From a virus: a DNA stretch of 52,183 nucleotides. The notes under the pieces were generated by a model, which saw only the letters and a program-made list of their open reading frames with translations, was not told the DNA's origin and searched no databases. The stretch's first letter is position 1, and each line of letters begins with the position of its first letter. Shown here piece after piece: positions 42,303 through 50,110 of the stretch. Both the position numbers and the translations under genes were made by a program. The stretch is taken from positions 1 to 52,183 of the IMG/VR virus record IMGVR_UViG_3300045988_175993. One strand, given 5' to 3'.

Positions 42303-42901
42303 TCACGACAAAACTTGCTGAACAAACCCCTAAAAACTGCAAAGAAGTGTACTCCATGATCAATGCAAGACAAGTCACTGCTTTGATGTTTCATGATCAA
42401 ATGGCAGATTACTTTGACTTTCTTGGGCTGAGGGGCTTCAAATGTCTTCATGAATACCAGTATCTTGCGGAGTCCATGGAACACCGAGCAATAAAGAGTT
42501 ATTATCTTAACCATCACAATGCTCTTCTTCCTGAGGATGAGATAGAATCCATTGATACAATACCAGATGATTGGTATCGGTATACCAGAATGGATGTTAC
42601 TCCTGCAGTTCGTAAACAGTTCATACAATCAGCTATGACTGATTACAGACAATGGGAAACTGAAACAAAGGCTCTTTATGAGAGATTTGCAGGGTATCTC
42701 ATTAGCTGGGGTATGATTGCAGATTTCAACAAAGTCAATGATCTCATAAAGGATGTAGACACAGAACTCAAATATCTTGAGAGACTCTGCATAGATCTCA
42801 AAGCTGTAGATTATGATCCATCTTTCGTTGAAACGCTTCAGGACAAATACTGTGAGAAATACAGGGAAAAATCCAAAGAACTTGGAGTTGATATCTGTTG
42901 A
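42299..42901 (+). CDS. Hypothetical helical protein (200 aa)
   Basis: Last gene of the plus arm. No motif recognised. Confidence 0.7.
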   Translation: MITTKLAEQTPKNCKEVYSMINARQVTALMFHDQMADYFDFLGLRGFKCLHEYQYLAESMEHRAIKSYYLNHHNALLPEDEIESIDTIPDDWYRYTRMDVTPAVRKQFIQSAMTDYRQWETETKALYERFAGYLISWGMIADFNKVNDLIKDVDTELKYLERLCIDLKAVDYDPSFVETLQDKYCEKYREKSKELGVDIC

Positions 42902-43060
42902 AACAGGCACAACTCTTTGTTCAAGTCAGCCCAAATCGATTTGTTCCTGTAGATAATCCCGTTCCTGAAGTGCCGATGTATGTCTGGGATGATGAGAAGA
43001 AAGAGATAGTCCCAGAATCTGATTCTGTGTCGTAGAATCCTCTCTAAGGAATTCTATTTT

Positions 43061-43084
43061 AAGGGGTGTAATTATACACCCCTT
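43061..43084. terminator. Hairpin in the convergent intergenic region
   Basis: Perfect 10-bp stem aaggggtgta/tacacccctt, loop atta. There is no clean U-tract on either strand. Confidence 0.4.
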
Positions 43085-43138
43085 AATGCTTTCGTCAATT
43101 TTACGATGAGGAGAACGCACGAGAAGAGATTCTATGAT

Positions 43139-44026
43139 CTATATCCTCTTACACCGAGTGAGCTCAGTCTGTTTAAGACCTTGATACTCAGAGTGAGCTT
43201 TTATTGTGCCCTTGAGTCTAAGAGAATCTCCTGTATTAATTCCTCCGAGAGAGGAGCTGGTTTTCCAAACAAACTGGTGAGAATCAGAATCAGCAAAGGT
43301 ATAAACCGTAGTGAATCCATACATAGTCTCATATCCACCAATGTGAACAACTTCAAGATTCAGCTCAACTTTATCACTTACATTGCCAAAGTATTCAGTT
43401 CTAGGAGCATGGTCGACTTTCCACTTATGCTTGAGAGAATCAACCCATCTACTGATATCTCCTTGAGGAGCCATATACAGAGTTCCATCATCAGCATACA
43501 ATCCCAAAGTGCTTTCAGAGTCATCTCCATTCTCATCAATGCAATGAATCTTGTCACTAATGGAAACCTCAACACAAGGGAACTCATCTACATGATGATC
43601 AAAATGCCAACCAAAATAAGGATCCCAACGACAATGAGCAGCTTTCAATTGATCCTTGATTTCGTATGTGTTACCCATGACAAGCCAAGCTCTTCCATCC
43701 TCTGAGAAACCCATCGTGTGCAGGTATTCAGTATTCCGTTTCCCTGCGGTCTTGCGAGCTCTCTCAAGTCTCTGGGCATTAAGCTTCTCTTGATACTCCA
43801 CTGTACGAACAGTTACCTTGGTTCCATATCTTCCAGAGCCGCCACAGAGGAAACACACACCACCATCGACATGGTTGTAATAGGAGATGTAACCTGTACC
43901 ACCGCATTTGGGGCATCTGCAGTCCGTATAATAGTGGGTGTTGTTGCGATCAATCCTTTCCAAGATCAGATTTGACTTTGAGTCAAATTCAGAAAAATCA
44001 TTGTCCTTGACGGTGTACTCTCTCAC
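43139..44026 (-). CDS. Protein with two DnaJ-type CxxCxGxG zinc fingers and a C-terminal OB-fold-like domain
   Basis: GTG start with RBS aaaggaggt. Motifs CPKCGGTG and CFLCGGSG. C-terminal VELNLEVVHIGGYETMYGFTTVYTFADSDSHQFVWKTS...LRLKGTIKAHSEYQGLKQTEL. Confidence 0.7.
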   Translation of the reverse strand: MREYTVKDNDFSEFDSKSNLILERIDRNNTHYYTDCRCPKCGGTGYISYYNHVDGGVCFLCGGSGRYGTKVTVRTVEYQEKLNAQRLERARKTAGKRNTEYLHTMGFSEDGRAWLVMGNTYEIKDQLKAAHCRWDPYFGWHFDHHVDEFPCVEVSISDKIHCIDENGDDSESTLGLYADDGTLYMAPQGDISRWVDSLKHKWKVDHAPRTEYFGNVSDKVELNLEVVHIGGYETMYGFTTVYTFADSDSHQFVWKTSSSLGGINTGDSLRLKGTIKAHSEYQGLKQTELTRCKRI

Positions 44027-44046
44027 GGTGTTACCTCCTTTGGTAT

Positions 44047-44214
44047 TTACACATACAATGCTCTGTAGTGACCCGGTTCATCCATTGGTTCCACTTCTAC
44101 AGTAGAAACCAGTGCCCACCACAGTGCTTCAGGGTACAGATTACGGTCAGTTCTCAGGATAGTTCTGTTGTCAAAGTGAACGGCTTTCCAGTTCCTGATC
44201 TCAGCTAACTTCAT
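44047..44214 (-). CDS. Small hypothetical protein (55 aa)
   Basis: RBS ggagga 6 nt upstream of ATG 44214. Translation MKLAEIRNWKAVHFDNRTILRTDRNLYPEALWWALVSTVEVEPMDEPGHYRALYV. Fills the gap between genes. Confidence 0.5.
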   Translation of the reverse strand: MKLAEIRNWKAVHFDNRTILRTDRNLYPEALWWALVSTVEVEPMDEPGHYRALYV

Positions 44215-44262
44215 TTCAGTTCCTCCTTATAGGGTGGGGGCGATTGCTCGCCCCCGATATGT

Positions 44263-44649
44263 TTAGCAACCGAACTCTTCAATATAGTTCTGCTTGCGCT
44301 CTTCCTCGGTGTAGACATCGCTGTCCCAGTAAGTCCCGGCAACGTAGTGGTCAAAGTTGTAGTGATTCTTGATACAGCAACCGGCACTGACGGAGAACTT
44401 GCCGTATTCATAAGTCACCGTGCAGCGGGGATATGCACGAAGAACGGATTTTACCTGAGCCTGAATCAACTCAGGCAGCTCTTCAAAAGGCATCTCGCCG
44501 GACTTGAAGACCTTGTAGGACAGCTTTCTTTCAGGATGCTGCTTAATAGCCTCATCAATCAGCTCAGTCATCTTTTCAGTAGTGTAATCCAGGGAAGTCA
44601 GGAAGTTAATGCCATCGATGCAGGTCATTTTAATCATATCATTTTTCAT
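44263..44649 (-). CDS. Hypothetical protein (128 aa)
   Basis: Preceded by the conserved leader ATCTGAAAGGAGA and by the promoter at 44702. Confidence 0.75.
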   Translation of the reverse strand: MKNDMIKMTCIDGINFLTSLDYTTEKMTELIDEAIKQHPERKLSYKVFKSGEMPFEELPELIQAQVKSVLRAYPRCTVTYEYGKFSVSAGCCIKNHYNFDHYVAGTYWDSDVYTEEERKQNYIEEFGC

Positions 44650-44676
44650 TGTAGTATTCTCCTTTCAGATTTAAGA

Positions 44677-44733
44677 GGGGTTTCTTTTAACTTACAAGCA
44701 TATTCTACTACGAATTTCTACAAAAGTAAAGTC
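44677..44733. repeat. 57-bp exact repeat (promoter plus 5' leader), copy 2
   Basis: Identical to 17845-17901. Confidence 0.95.
44702..44730 (-). promoter_or_regulatory. Sigma-A-like promoter (-35 TTTACT, 17 bp, -10 TAGAAT)
   Basis: Minus strand reads CTTTACTTTTGTAGAAATTCGTAGTAGAAT. Confidence 0.7.
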
Positions 44734-44758
44734 TTGTAAACTTGTAAAGAAGTTATAA

Positions 44759-44802
44759 AAACTGAAGCATTACAAGATTTATTGTCAAGAATGCTTCAGT
44801 TT
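44759..44802 (-). terminator. Rho-independent terminator after the SNF2 helicase gene
   Basis: 13-bp perfect stem aaactgaagcatt/aatgcttcagttt. The minus-strand 3' flank is TTTTTATAAC. Confidence 0.7.
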
Positions 44803-44862
44803 AATTATCAAATCCAAGGATTTTCATGAAAAATCAAGAAATTCAAGAATTTTTACAAAATT

Positions 44863-46260
44863 TTAGATTGTTTCTGAACCTTTCATAACAAGGTTGATGT
44901 AATCTTTCTTTTCTTTCAAACATCGAAGAATCTTTTGATCCACAGTCTCTCCTGAATCCATTGTAGCAACAAAGTGGTAGTATAAACAAGGTTGTTCTTG
45001 CCCTGGTCTATGTATTCGTTTGAGAGCCTGTTCATATTTCCCCAAAGAGTGATCCAAAGTATAGAAGATACAAATATGTGCTCTAGTCAAATTTATACCC
45101 TCAGAACCTGATGTATACTGTACACCTAAGATCTGTGTTTTTCCTTGCTGCCACTCTGATAATGTATTGTTGCTTCCTGAAACTTCAGAATAGGGGAATC
45201 CCAATCGTTCAGCAACCTTTTGTATAGAATACAGATCTTTCCTGAACCGAGCAAATACTACAATCGGCTCCCCTTCAGGCATCTCTTGAAGGAATTTGTA
45301 CAGGAATGTTCTTCTATAGGTACTGATTCTTTTCAGCTCTTTAGTTCCATCATCATACTCAAGGGGCAAATATCCACTAGTCACTTGCTGTTTACGGATA
45401 ACCATAGCAAGAGCATTATTCACTGTCATGAAACCATCTCCATCTATGACGGATCCTTCCTTTGACAGTTCTTTGTAAACTTGTTGGGTCTTCTGATCCA
45501 TAGGAATTTGGATTACCATCCGAGTTGTTTTTGGCAATTTCACCGTGGATTCCATATAGAAAGCACAACTGAACATCTTTTCTTTAAGCTCATCCAAATT
45601 CACATAGGGCTGTTTTTTGTTGAGAACAGGAAAACCAACTTTTGTAGACAGCTGAACATCAAGATTCTGGTACCTTGCACAAAAATTAGCATAATTTGTG
45701 CCGAATATAGTTGGATCTAAAAACCTATATTGTGCATATACATCCATAGGATTCTCAGCAAGAGGAGTCCCTGTCATCAGATATCTGTGAGAAACCTGTT
45801 TACCAAGCTTTGTTAAGAACCAAGAACATTTGCTTCCAGGGGATTTTATTCGATGACTCTCGTCGCATATAACACAATCAAGACCAAGCTTCTTATAGAA
45901 CCAGACTCGGTCTAAAGGCTTCCTCCAAACTGAGTCATAGTTGCAGATGAACACCAAAGGATCTTCTGTTTTCATATTCATTGCTGCTGTAAGTTCATCT
46001 ATCTTTTGCTCTGTACTCAATTCTGATAGAAAGAAGATATTGTTCTTCGGTATACTTGAATGGAGTTGAATTTCTCCTGGCCATACTGAGCTAGGCTTCT
46101 TGGGAGCAACAACCAAAATTCGTTTGAATCCTCGGTTGACTATTAAATCAACCATGATCTTTGTCTTTCCAGATCCAGGCTTTGTGTATAAAGCTCCTGC
46201 ATCTCTATTATACAGATATTGCAAAGCCTTGAGCTGATGTGCCCAAGGCTTTGTTTTCAT
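44863..46260 (-). CDS. SNF2-family DEAD/H helicase
   Basis: Walker A KPGSGKT, DESH box VICDESHRIK, and helicase-C motifs. Start set at ATG 46260 (MKTKPW), giving an ATGA overlap with the upstream small ORF. Confidence 0.88.
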   Translation of the reverse strand: MKTKPWAHQLKALQYLYNRDAGALYTKPGSGKTKIMVDLIVNRGFKRILVVAPKKPSSVWPGEIQLHSSIPKNNIFFLSELSTEQKIDELTAAMNMKTEDPLVFICNYDSVWRKPLDRVWFYKKLGLDCVICDESHRIKSPGSKCSWFLTKLGKQVSHRYLMTGTPLAENPMDVYAQYRFLDPTIFGTNYANFCARYQNLDVQLSTKVGFPVLNKKQPYVNLDELKEKMFSCAFYMESTVKLPKTTRMVIQIPMDQKTQQVYKELSKEGSVIDGDGFMTVNNALAMVIRKQQVTSGYLPLEYDDGTKELKRISTYRRTFLYKFLQEMPEGEPIVVFARFRKDLYSIQKVAERLGFPYSEVSGSNNTLSEWQQGKTQILGVQYTSGSEGINLTRAHICIFYTLDHSLGKYEQALKRIHRPGQEQPCLYYHFVATMDSGETVDQKILRCLKEKKDYINLVMKGSETI

Positions 46261-46409
46261 TTCGAATCCCTTGTACTGCATTCTATCTCCTCTACAAAAG
46301 AGATTACCTCGGCAAAAGTACAGTTCTGCTTTTTGAGAATCCCTTGAACAAATACATCATAGAGGTCTGAATCCATTTCTTTACTGATTTCAATAGAAAT
46401 ATCTTTCAT
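46257..46409 (-). CDS. Small hypothetical protein (50 aa)
   Basis: ATG 46409. Translation MKDISIEISKEMDSDLYDVFVQGILKKQNCTFAEVISFVEEIECSTRDSK. The stop overlaps the helicase ATG. Confidence 0.45.
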   Translation of the reverse strand: MKDISIEISKEMDSDLYDVFVQGILKKQNCTFAEVISFVEEIECSTRDSK

Positions 46410-46412
46410 TTG

Positions 46413-46790
46413 TTAATATCCTACAACTGTGTATTCGGAAACACATCCATTTAATTCAGGATTTGTCACGTGTATAGCACCATTTGAAACAAGTCCAGGA
46501 GCTCTCTTCAAGGTGTTCATAAACTCTTTCAAAGTTGCCATACTGTAGATTATCCCTGTACTGCAACCAACAGAACCCCATTTTCTGAGCTCGAGTCGTT
46601 GCTTTTGGCTAGCCTCATATTTGTTATCAGGAGACTTCAGCTCAATCTTGAACATACGTCCTTCATAGCATCCAGTTATATCAGGTCTTCCTGACTGATG
46701 GGAATTTCCTGATACATTCTCTGCCTTGCACCCTGGAATACTGTTTAGGTATTCCAGGGCATTAGATTGGAAATTTGATTCAAGACCCAT
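46413..46790 (-). CDS. VRR-NUC domain nuclease
   Basis: GRPDITGCYEGRMFKIELKSP is the D...E-x-K motif. Start set at ATG 46790 (MGLESNF). Confidence 0.75.
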   Translation of the reverse strand: MGLESNFQSNALEYLNSIPGCKAENVSGNSHQSGRPDITGCYEGRMFKIELKSPDNKYEASQKQRLELRKWGSVGCSTGIIYSMATLKEFMNTLKRAPGLVSNGAIHVTNPELNGCVSEYTVVGY

Positions 46791-47199
46791 AAGCAAACCC
46801 TGTAGGACGTAGCCAAGACAACCCCAACTTCTGTGCCCAAAATACAGGAGACTGGGAACAAGGTATGGATTTGTCATCTATGTAGACATCTGCATACACT
46901 TTGCGAGTATCGTTATGGAACATGGCAATAGTCTCTGGTATGTTCTGATTTACTGCATCAAATTCCAAACCCATGGATTTACAGAATTCTACAGCAGCAT
47001 CAAGATTCCGAGCAGGTGTATCATTATCTCGACTTGTCCAGAGAATCAATTTAATCCCACATTTCTGCAAGGTTATGCAGATATTAAACATTTCCTGAAA
47101 CGGTTTTCCTATCTCGGGAAATTTATCCTCTACAAGAGTTCCATCAAAATCTATTGCTACAATCTTGGGAAGCTCTTCCATGTTTGCTTTAGTTATCAT
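46780..47199 (-). CDS. HAD-superfamily phosphatase-like protein
   Basis: Motif I IVAIDFDGTLV, motif II ILWTSR, motif IV YIDDKS. Start set at ATG 47199 (ATGA overlap). Confidence 0.7.
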   Translation of the reverse strand: MITKANMEELPKIVAIDFDGTLVEDKFPEIGKPFQEMFNICITLQKCGIKLILWTSRDNDTPARNLDAAVEFCKSMGLEFDAVNQNIPETIAMFHNDTRKVYADVYIDDKSIPCSQSPVFWAQKLGLSWLRPTGFAYGS

Positions 47200-47561
47200 T
47201 TTCGTAGATCCCTTTCCATATGTGTTGTTACCCAAACGCGATTCCAGCCTTGCCGGTCTATTGTTGCTTCACGCATAAGATGGGGATATGCATTAGAGTA
47301 CTTGTCTTTGATCAAACTCCTCAAAATGATGATATCTTTCAAAGTTGTCATGGGCAGATCTATATTGAAATCTTCTTTTGCCCAAGCAGAAACGCATTCA
47401 CCGATATCTCGACGCTCTATCCCTTTCTGTTCAAGGAATTTGACATACAAAGATTTTGGTGCATAGCAAAAGTGCTCCCAAGAGATCCTATCTCGGTTTT
47501 CATCAAGCACCTTCAAGGCAAACTTGACTAAACCATCTTTCATCAGTTCATCCCAACTCAT
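47196..47561 (-). CDS. Hypothetical protein (121 aa)
   Basis: Coupled between the hydroxymethylase and the HAD gene. No motif recognised. Confidence 0.7.
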   Translation of the reverse strand: MSWDELMKDGLVKFALKVLDENRDRISWEHFCYAPKSLYVKFLEQKGIERRDIGECVSAWAKEDFNIDLPMTTLKDIIILRSLIKDKYSNAYPHLMREATIDRQGWNRVWVTTHMERDLRK

Positions 47562-48259
47562 TAAGAACCAACTCCCGGAGATACAGCCAGAGTCTTCTCC
47601 CAGTCTCTTTTGTACAGATGCAAAGACCCAGCGACATGCGTATAAGTTCCTATGGATGTCCCAAGCTCCATAGCCATCTTCATCTGAAGAAAACAGAAGC
47701 TGAACATATCATAGGGTACACCCATCCAGATATCATTTGACCGCATATACACAGTCATATGAAGTGCATAATCGCGGATGAAAAACTGAAGAGCTATTGT
47801 ACAGGGTACATCTTTGGTGGGAGCGTTACTGGCATCCTTGATGTGTATCACTGCCTGACGGCTATTGGGATCTGCTTTGAGAAGATTCTTCACATATTCC
47901 CATTGATCAAACCCAAACTTCTCAAAGATTCTCCAACCATAAGCAGAATTATTGGTCTTCCCATCATCAGAAATGTCTGCCCACTTTTGAGCAAACCGGG
48001 AGATATCTTTGACCTTGTTGGAGCCGGAAAGATACCAAGCCAGTTCTCCTACAGCATACCGCATAGGCATTTTGCGAATAGGACTGGTGACGATGTTTCG
48101 AGTAGGATCGTCTACAACGAAGATAGCATCCAGGAATTCTCCAACTACATCTCCATCTCTGGAAGAATCAGCAAACCCAGAGTTAGCTTGAGCATTAAGC
48201 TCGGTGAAAGCTTTTTCCCAAACTTCATTGACAGTTCGTCCTTCAAACATGATAGCCAT
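47561..48259 (-). CDS. Thymidylate-synthase-fold pyrimidine hydroxymethylase, T4 gp42 (dCMP hydroxymethylase)-like
   Basis: GELAWYLSG, NSAYGWRIF, ADPNSRQAVIHI, catalytic Cys DVPCTIALQFFIRD, YMRSNDIWMGVPYDMF (Asp where ThyA has Asn177), GSLHLYKRD. Start set at ATG 48259 (RBS aaggaggt). Confidence 0.8.
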   Translation of the reverse strand: MAIMFEGRTVNEVWEKAFTELNAQANSGFADSSRDGDVVGEFLDAIFVVDDPTRNIVTSPIRKMPMRYAVGELAWYLSGSNKVKDISRFAQKWADISDDGKTNNSAYGWRIFEKFGFDQWEYVKNLLKADPNSRQAVIHIKDASNAPTKDVPCTIALQFFIRDYALHMTVYMRSNDIWMGVPYDMFSFCFLQMKMAMELGTSIGTYTHVAGSLHLYKRDWEKTLAVSPGVGS

Positions 48260-48260
48260 A

Positions 48261-48395
48261 TTAAACCTCCTTGATATCAACCCGGATAATGTTCTTCACC
48301 CGGTATACAGTAATGTTTCCTTTCGTGAGCCTATCAGCCACACCTTTGGAAATAAGGGTCACAGCCTCAGTCAGCCAATCGATATCAATCTTCAT
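48261..48395 (-). CDS. Small hypothetical protein (44 aa)
   Basis: RBS ggagga upstream of ATG 48395. Translation MKIDIDWLTEAVTLISKGVADRLTKGNITVYRVKNIIRVDIKEV. The rest of track ORF 48261..48590 overlaps the kinase gene. Confidence 0.45.
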   Translation of the reverse strand: MKIDIDWLTEAVTLISKGVADRLTKGNITVYRVKNIIRVDIKEV

Positions 48396-48873
48396 TGAGT
48401 TTATCCTCCATAGATTCTCCAACTCTTGTATCAGCCATTTCCATTTCTTCAGTGTCATAGATGAGTACAGGGCAATAAGAGTTGTGTATGAGTTCGGCAT
48501 ATGCATTAACCAGATGCATATATGAACAAGAAAGCTGTTCCTCTCTAGCAGCAAGGCGTTTGCTAACTGTAGGCCAACTTGCTTGTACATAGATTATCTT
48601 TCCGCCATAATCTCGCATCATCTTCTCAAGCCGATGAAGTTGATCCTCAGTTATATTTCTCTCACTGGGAGACTGATAAGCAAACTGACCCCAAAAGAAT
48701 CTGTCTGCAATGATATTCTGGTTTATGCTATCCTGAAGAATATCACAGAACCAGTTCCAATTGTTGGGTGTTTCTCTGGTAGCATGGATTATCTTTGCAT
48801 CCAATATTGGAGCAAGAGTTTCAGCGAGTGTAGTTTTCCCGCAACCATCAATTCCTTCAAGAACAATAAGCAT
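48385..48873 (-). CDS. Thymidylate-kinase-family dNMP kinase
   Basis: P-loop LIVLEGIDGCGKTT and the DRF motif ADRFFWGQFAYQ. Confidence 0.82.
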   Translation of the reverse strand: MLIVLEGIDGCGKTTLAETLAPILDAKIIHATRETPNNWNWFCDILQDSINQNIIADRFFWGQFAYQSPSERNITEDQLHRLEKMMRDYGGKIIYVQASWPTVSKRLAAREEQLSCSYMHLVNAYAELIHNSYCPVLIYDTEEMEMADTRVGESMEDKLNED

Positions 48874-48876
48874 ATT

Positions 48877-49527
48877 TTACCTCCAACCAATAAATAGTGT
48901 TGTCCAGTTCTTTTCTGTCAATACAGGATCTTTCAAGACTTCTGGAAATTGCTTTTTGAGATTTTTAATCAATCGAGGAGCCATCTTTCTGTTATCCCCA
49001 TGAAGAAGATGAAGCTCAATTGCTATCGCTTCAACAGTGAGGGGAAGATCTTTGAAATTCAAATCATATTCTCCTCCCTCGATATCTATCTTGAGGATCT
49101 GAGGGGAATATCGATCTAAGGCATCCTTAAAGGAAACTGTTTTAACCTCATAGGATTCTCTTCCCTGTATCTCTTGGAGAGAATGCATGCCTTTATTCTT
49201 TCCTGAATTCACATAGAAGAGTGCAGTTCCTGTAGAATTTGATACAGCTCTCTTTATGAGCTTGACTCGGTCATCAAAGCCCTGCTTCTGGAACATTCCT
49301 ATGTTGTCTTTATCAGGCTCAAATGAAACAACCTGAATAGCTCCATGCGCTAATGCTTGGAATGTAAAAGCACCTATATTGGCTCCGATATCCATCACAG
49401 ATTTACCTTTGCAGAGCTCGAGCAATGGATTGTATGTTCGTTGTTCTTTAATAACATACTCATCCAAAGTATCCGGTCTACACCAAAGACCAGTGGTTTT
49501 TTCTTTGTACAATGTCTCACTCCTCAT
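48877..49527 (-). CDS. FkbM-family SAM-dependent methyltransferase
   Basis: VMDIGANIGAFTF, VVSFEPD, and the hallmark ILKIDIEGGE. Confidence 0.8.
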   Translation of the reverse strand: MRSETLYKEKTTGLWCRPDTLDEYVIKEQRTYNPLLELCKGKSVMDIGANIGAFTFQALAHGAIQVVSFEPDKDNIGMFQKQGFDDRVKLIKRAVSNSTGTALFYVNSGKNKGMHSLQEIQGRESYEVKTVSFKDALDRYSPQILKIDIEGGEYDLNFKDLPLTVEAIAIELHLLHGDNRKMAPRLIKNLKKQFPEVLKDPVLTEKNWTTLFIGWR

Positions 49528-50110
49528 ATTTTGATATAGTTTTTAAGAATGCAGGTAACATTCTTGACTTTGGTACTTTAGAAGAATCAACTCGTATACA
49601 GGTGAATCCTTCTCCCTTGAATTTTTCGTGACTTCTCTCAACAGAGATTCGTTTTCCTGCCACGAGATCCTCTTTGATGGGTTTACCCCCATTCCGCTTT
49701 TGGATACGGTCTAAGCAGACCTCGAGTGGCGGAAGCAGAGATATGATTAAGACCTGAATACCAAATTGCTTTTCAACTCTATGGAAGAGCTCTGCATAGC
49801 TGGAGAATACTGTGCTGCACAAGATACCCTCCATGATGATATTGAAATCCGGATACATGCTAATAGCCGCATATAGTGTTGCTATAGTGCATTCCATATT
49901 TCGAATACCATCGAGTCCCCCAGTTTTATTGAAATATGTACCCAAAGCAATCCAACCATAAGAAGGAAATGCTGTAAAGGCTCCCATTCGTTTTCCATCG
50001 CTGTATTTCAGTTCTTGAACAAACATCTCAGGGTCATCCATCATTGACATAGGAATGGTAGATTTTCCTGCACCGTTGCAACCTCTAATGTTCACAAGAA
50101 TTCTACTCAT
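49517..50110 (-). CDS. P-loop kinase (candidate 5-hydroxymethylpyrimidine DNA kinase, 5-HMUDK-like; function tentative)
   Basis: Walker A GCNGAGKST. About 200 aa. Translationally coupled to the Pplase-like gene upstream and the methyltransferase downstream. Confidence 0.5.
   Translation of the reverse strand: MSRILVNIRGCNGAGKSTIPMSMMDDPEMFVQELKYSDGKRMGAFTAFPSYGWIALGTYFNKTGGLDGIRNMECTIATLYAAISMYPDFNIIMEGILCSTVFSSYAELFHRVEKQFGIQVLIISLLPPLEVCLDRIQKRNGGKPIKEDLVAGKRISVERSHEKFKGEGFTCIRVDSSKVPKSRMLPAFLKTISKYEE

Noticed and set aside
43061-43084. Canonical bidirectional rho-independent terminator
   Set aside because: The stem is perfect, but neither strand has a U-tract 3' of it. It is kept only as a low-confidence hairpin feature.
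44211-44411. 66-aa minus-strand ORF overlapping 44263..44649
   Set aside because: It is out of frame within the better-supported 128-aa gene. The real gap-filling gene appears to be the 55-aa ORF at 44047..44214, which has its own RBS.
48396-48590. N-terminal two-thirds of track ORF 48261..48590
   Set aside because: This part overlaps the Tmk-like kinase gene out of frame. Only the last 44 codons (from ATG 48395, with an RBS) are plausible.
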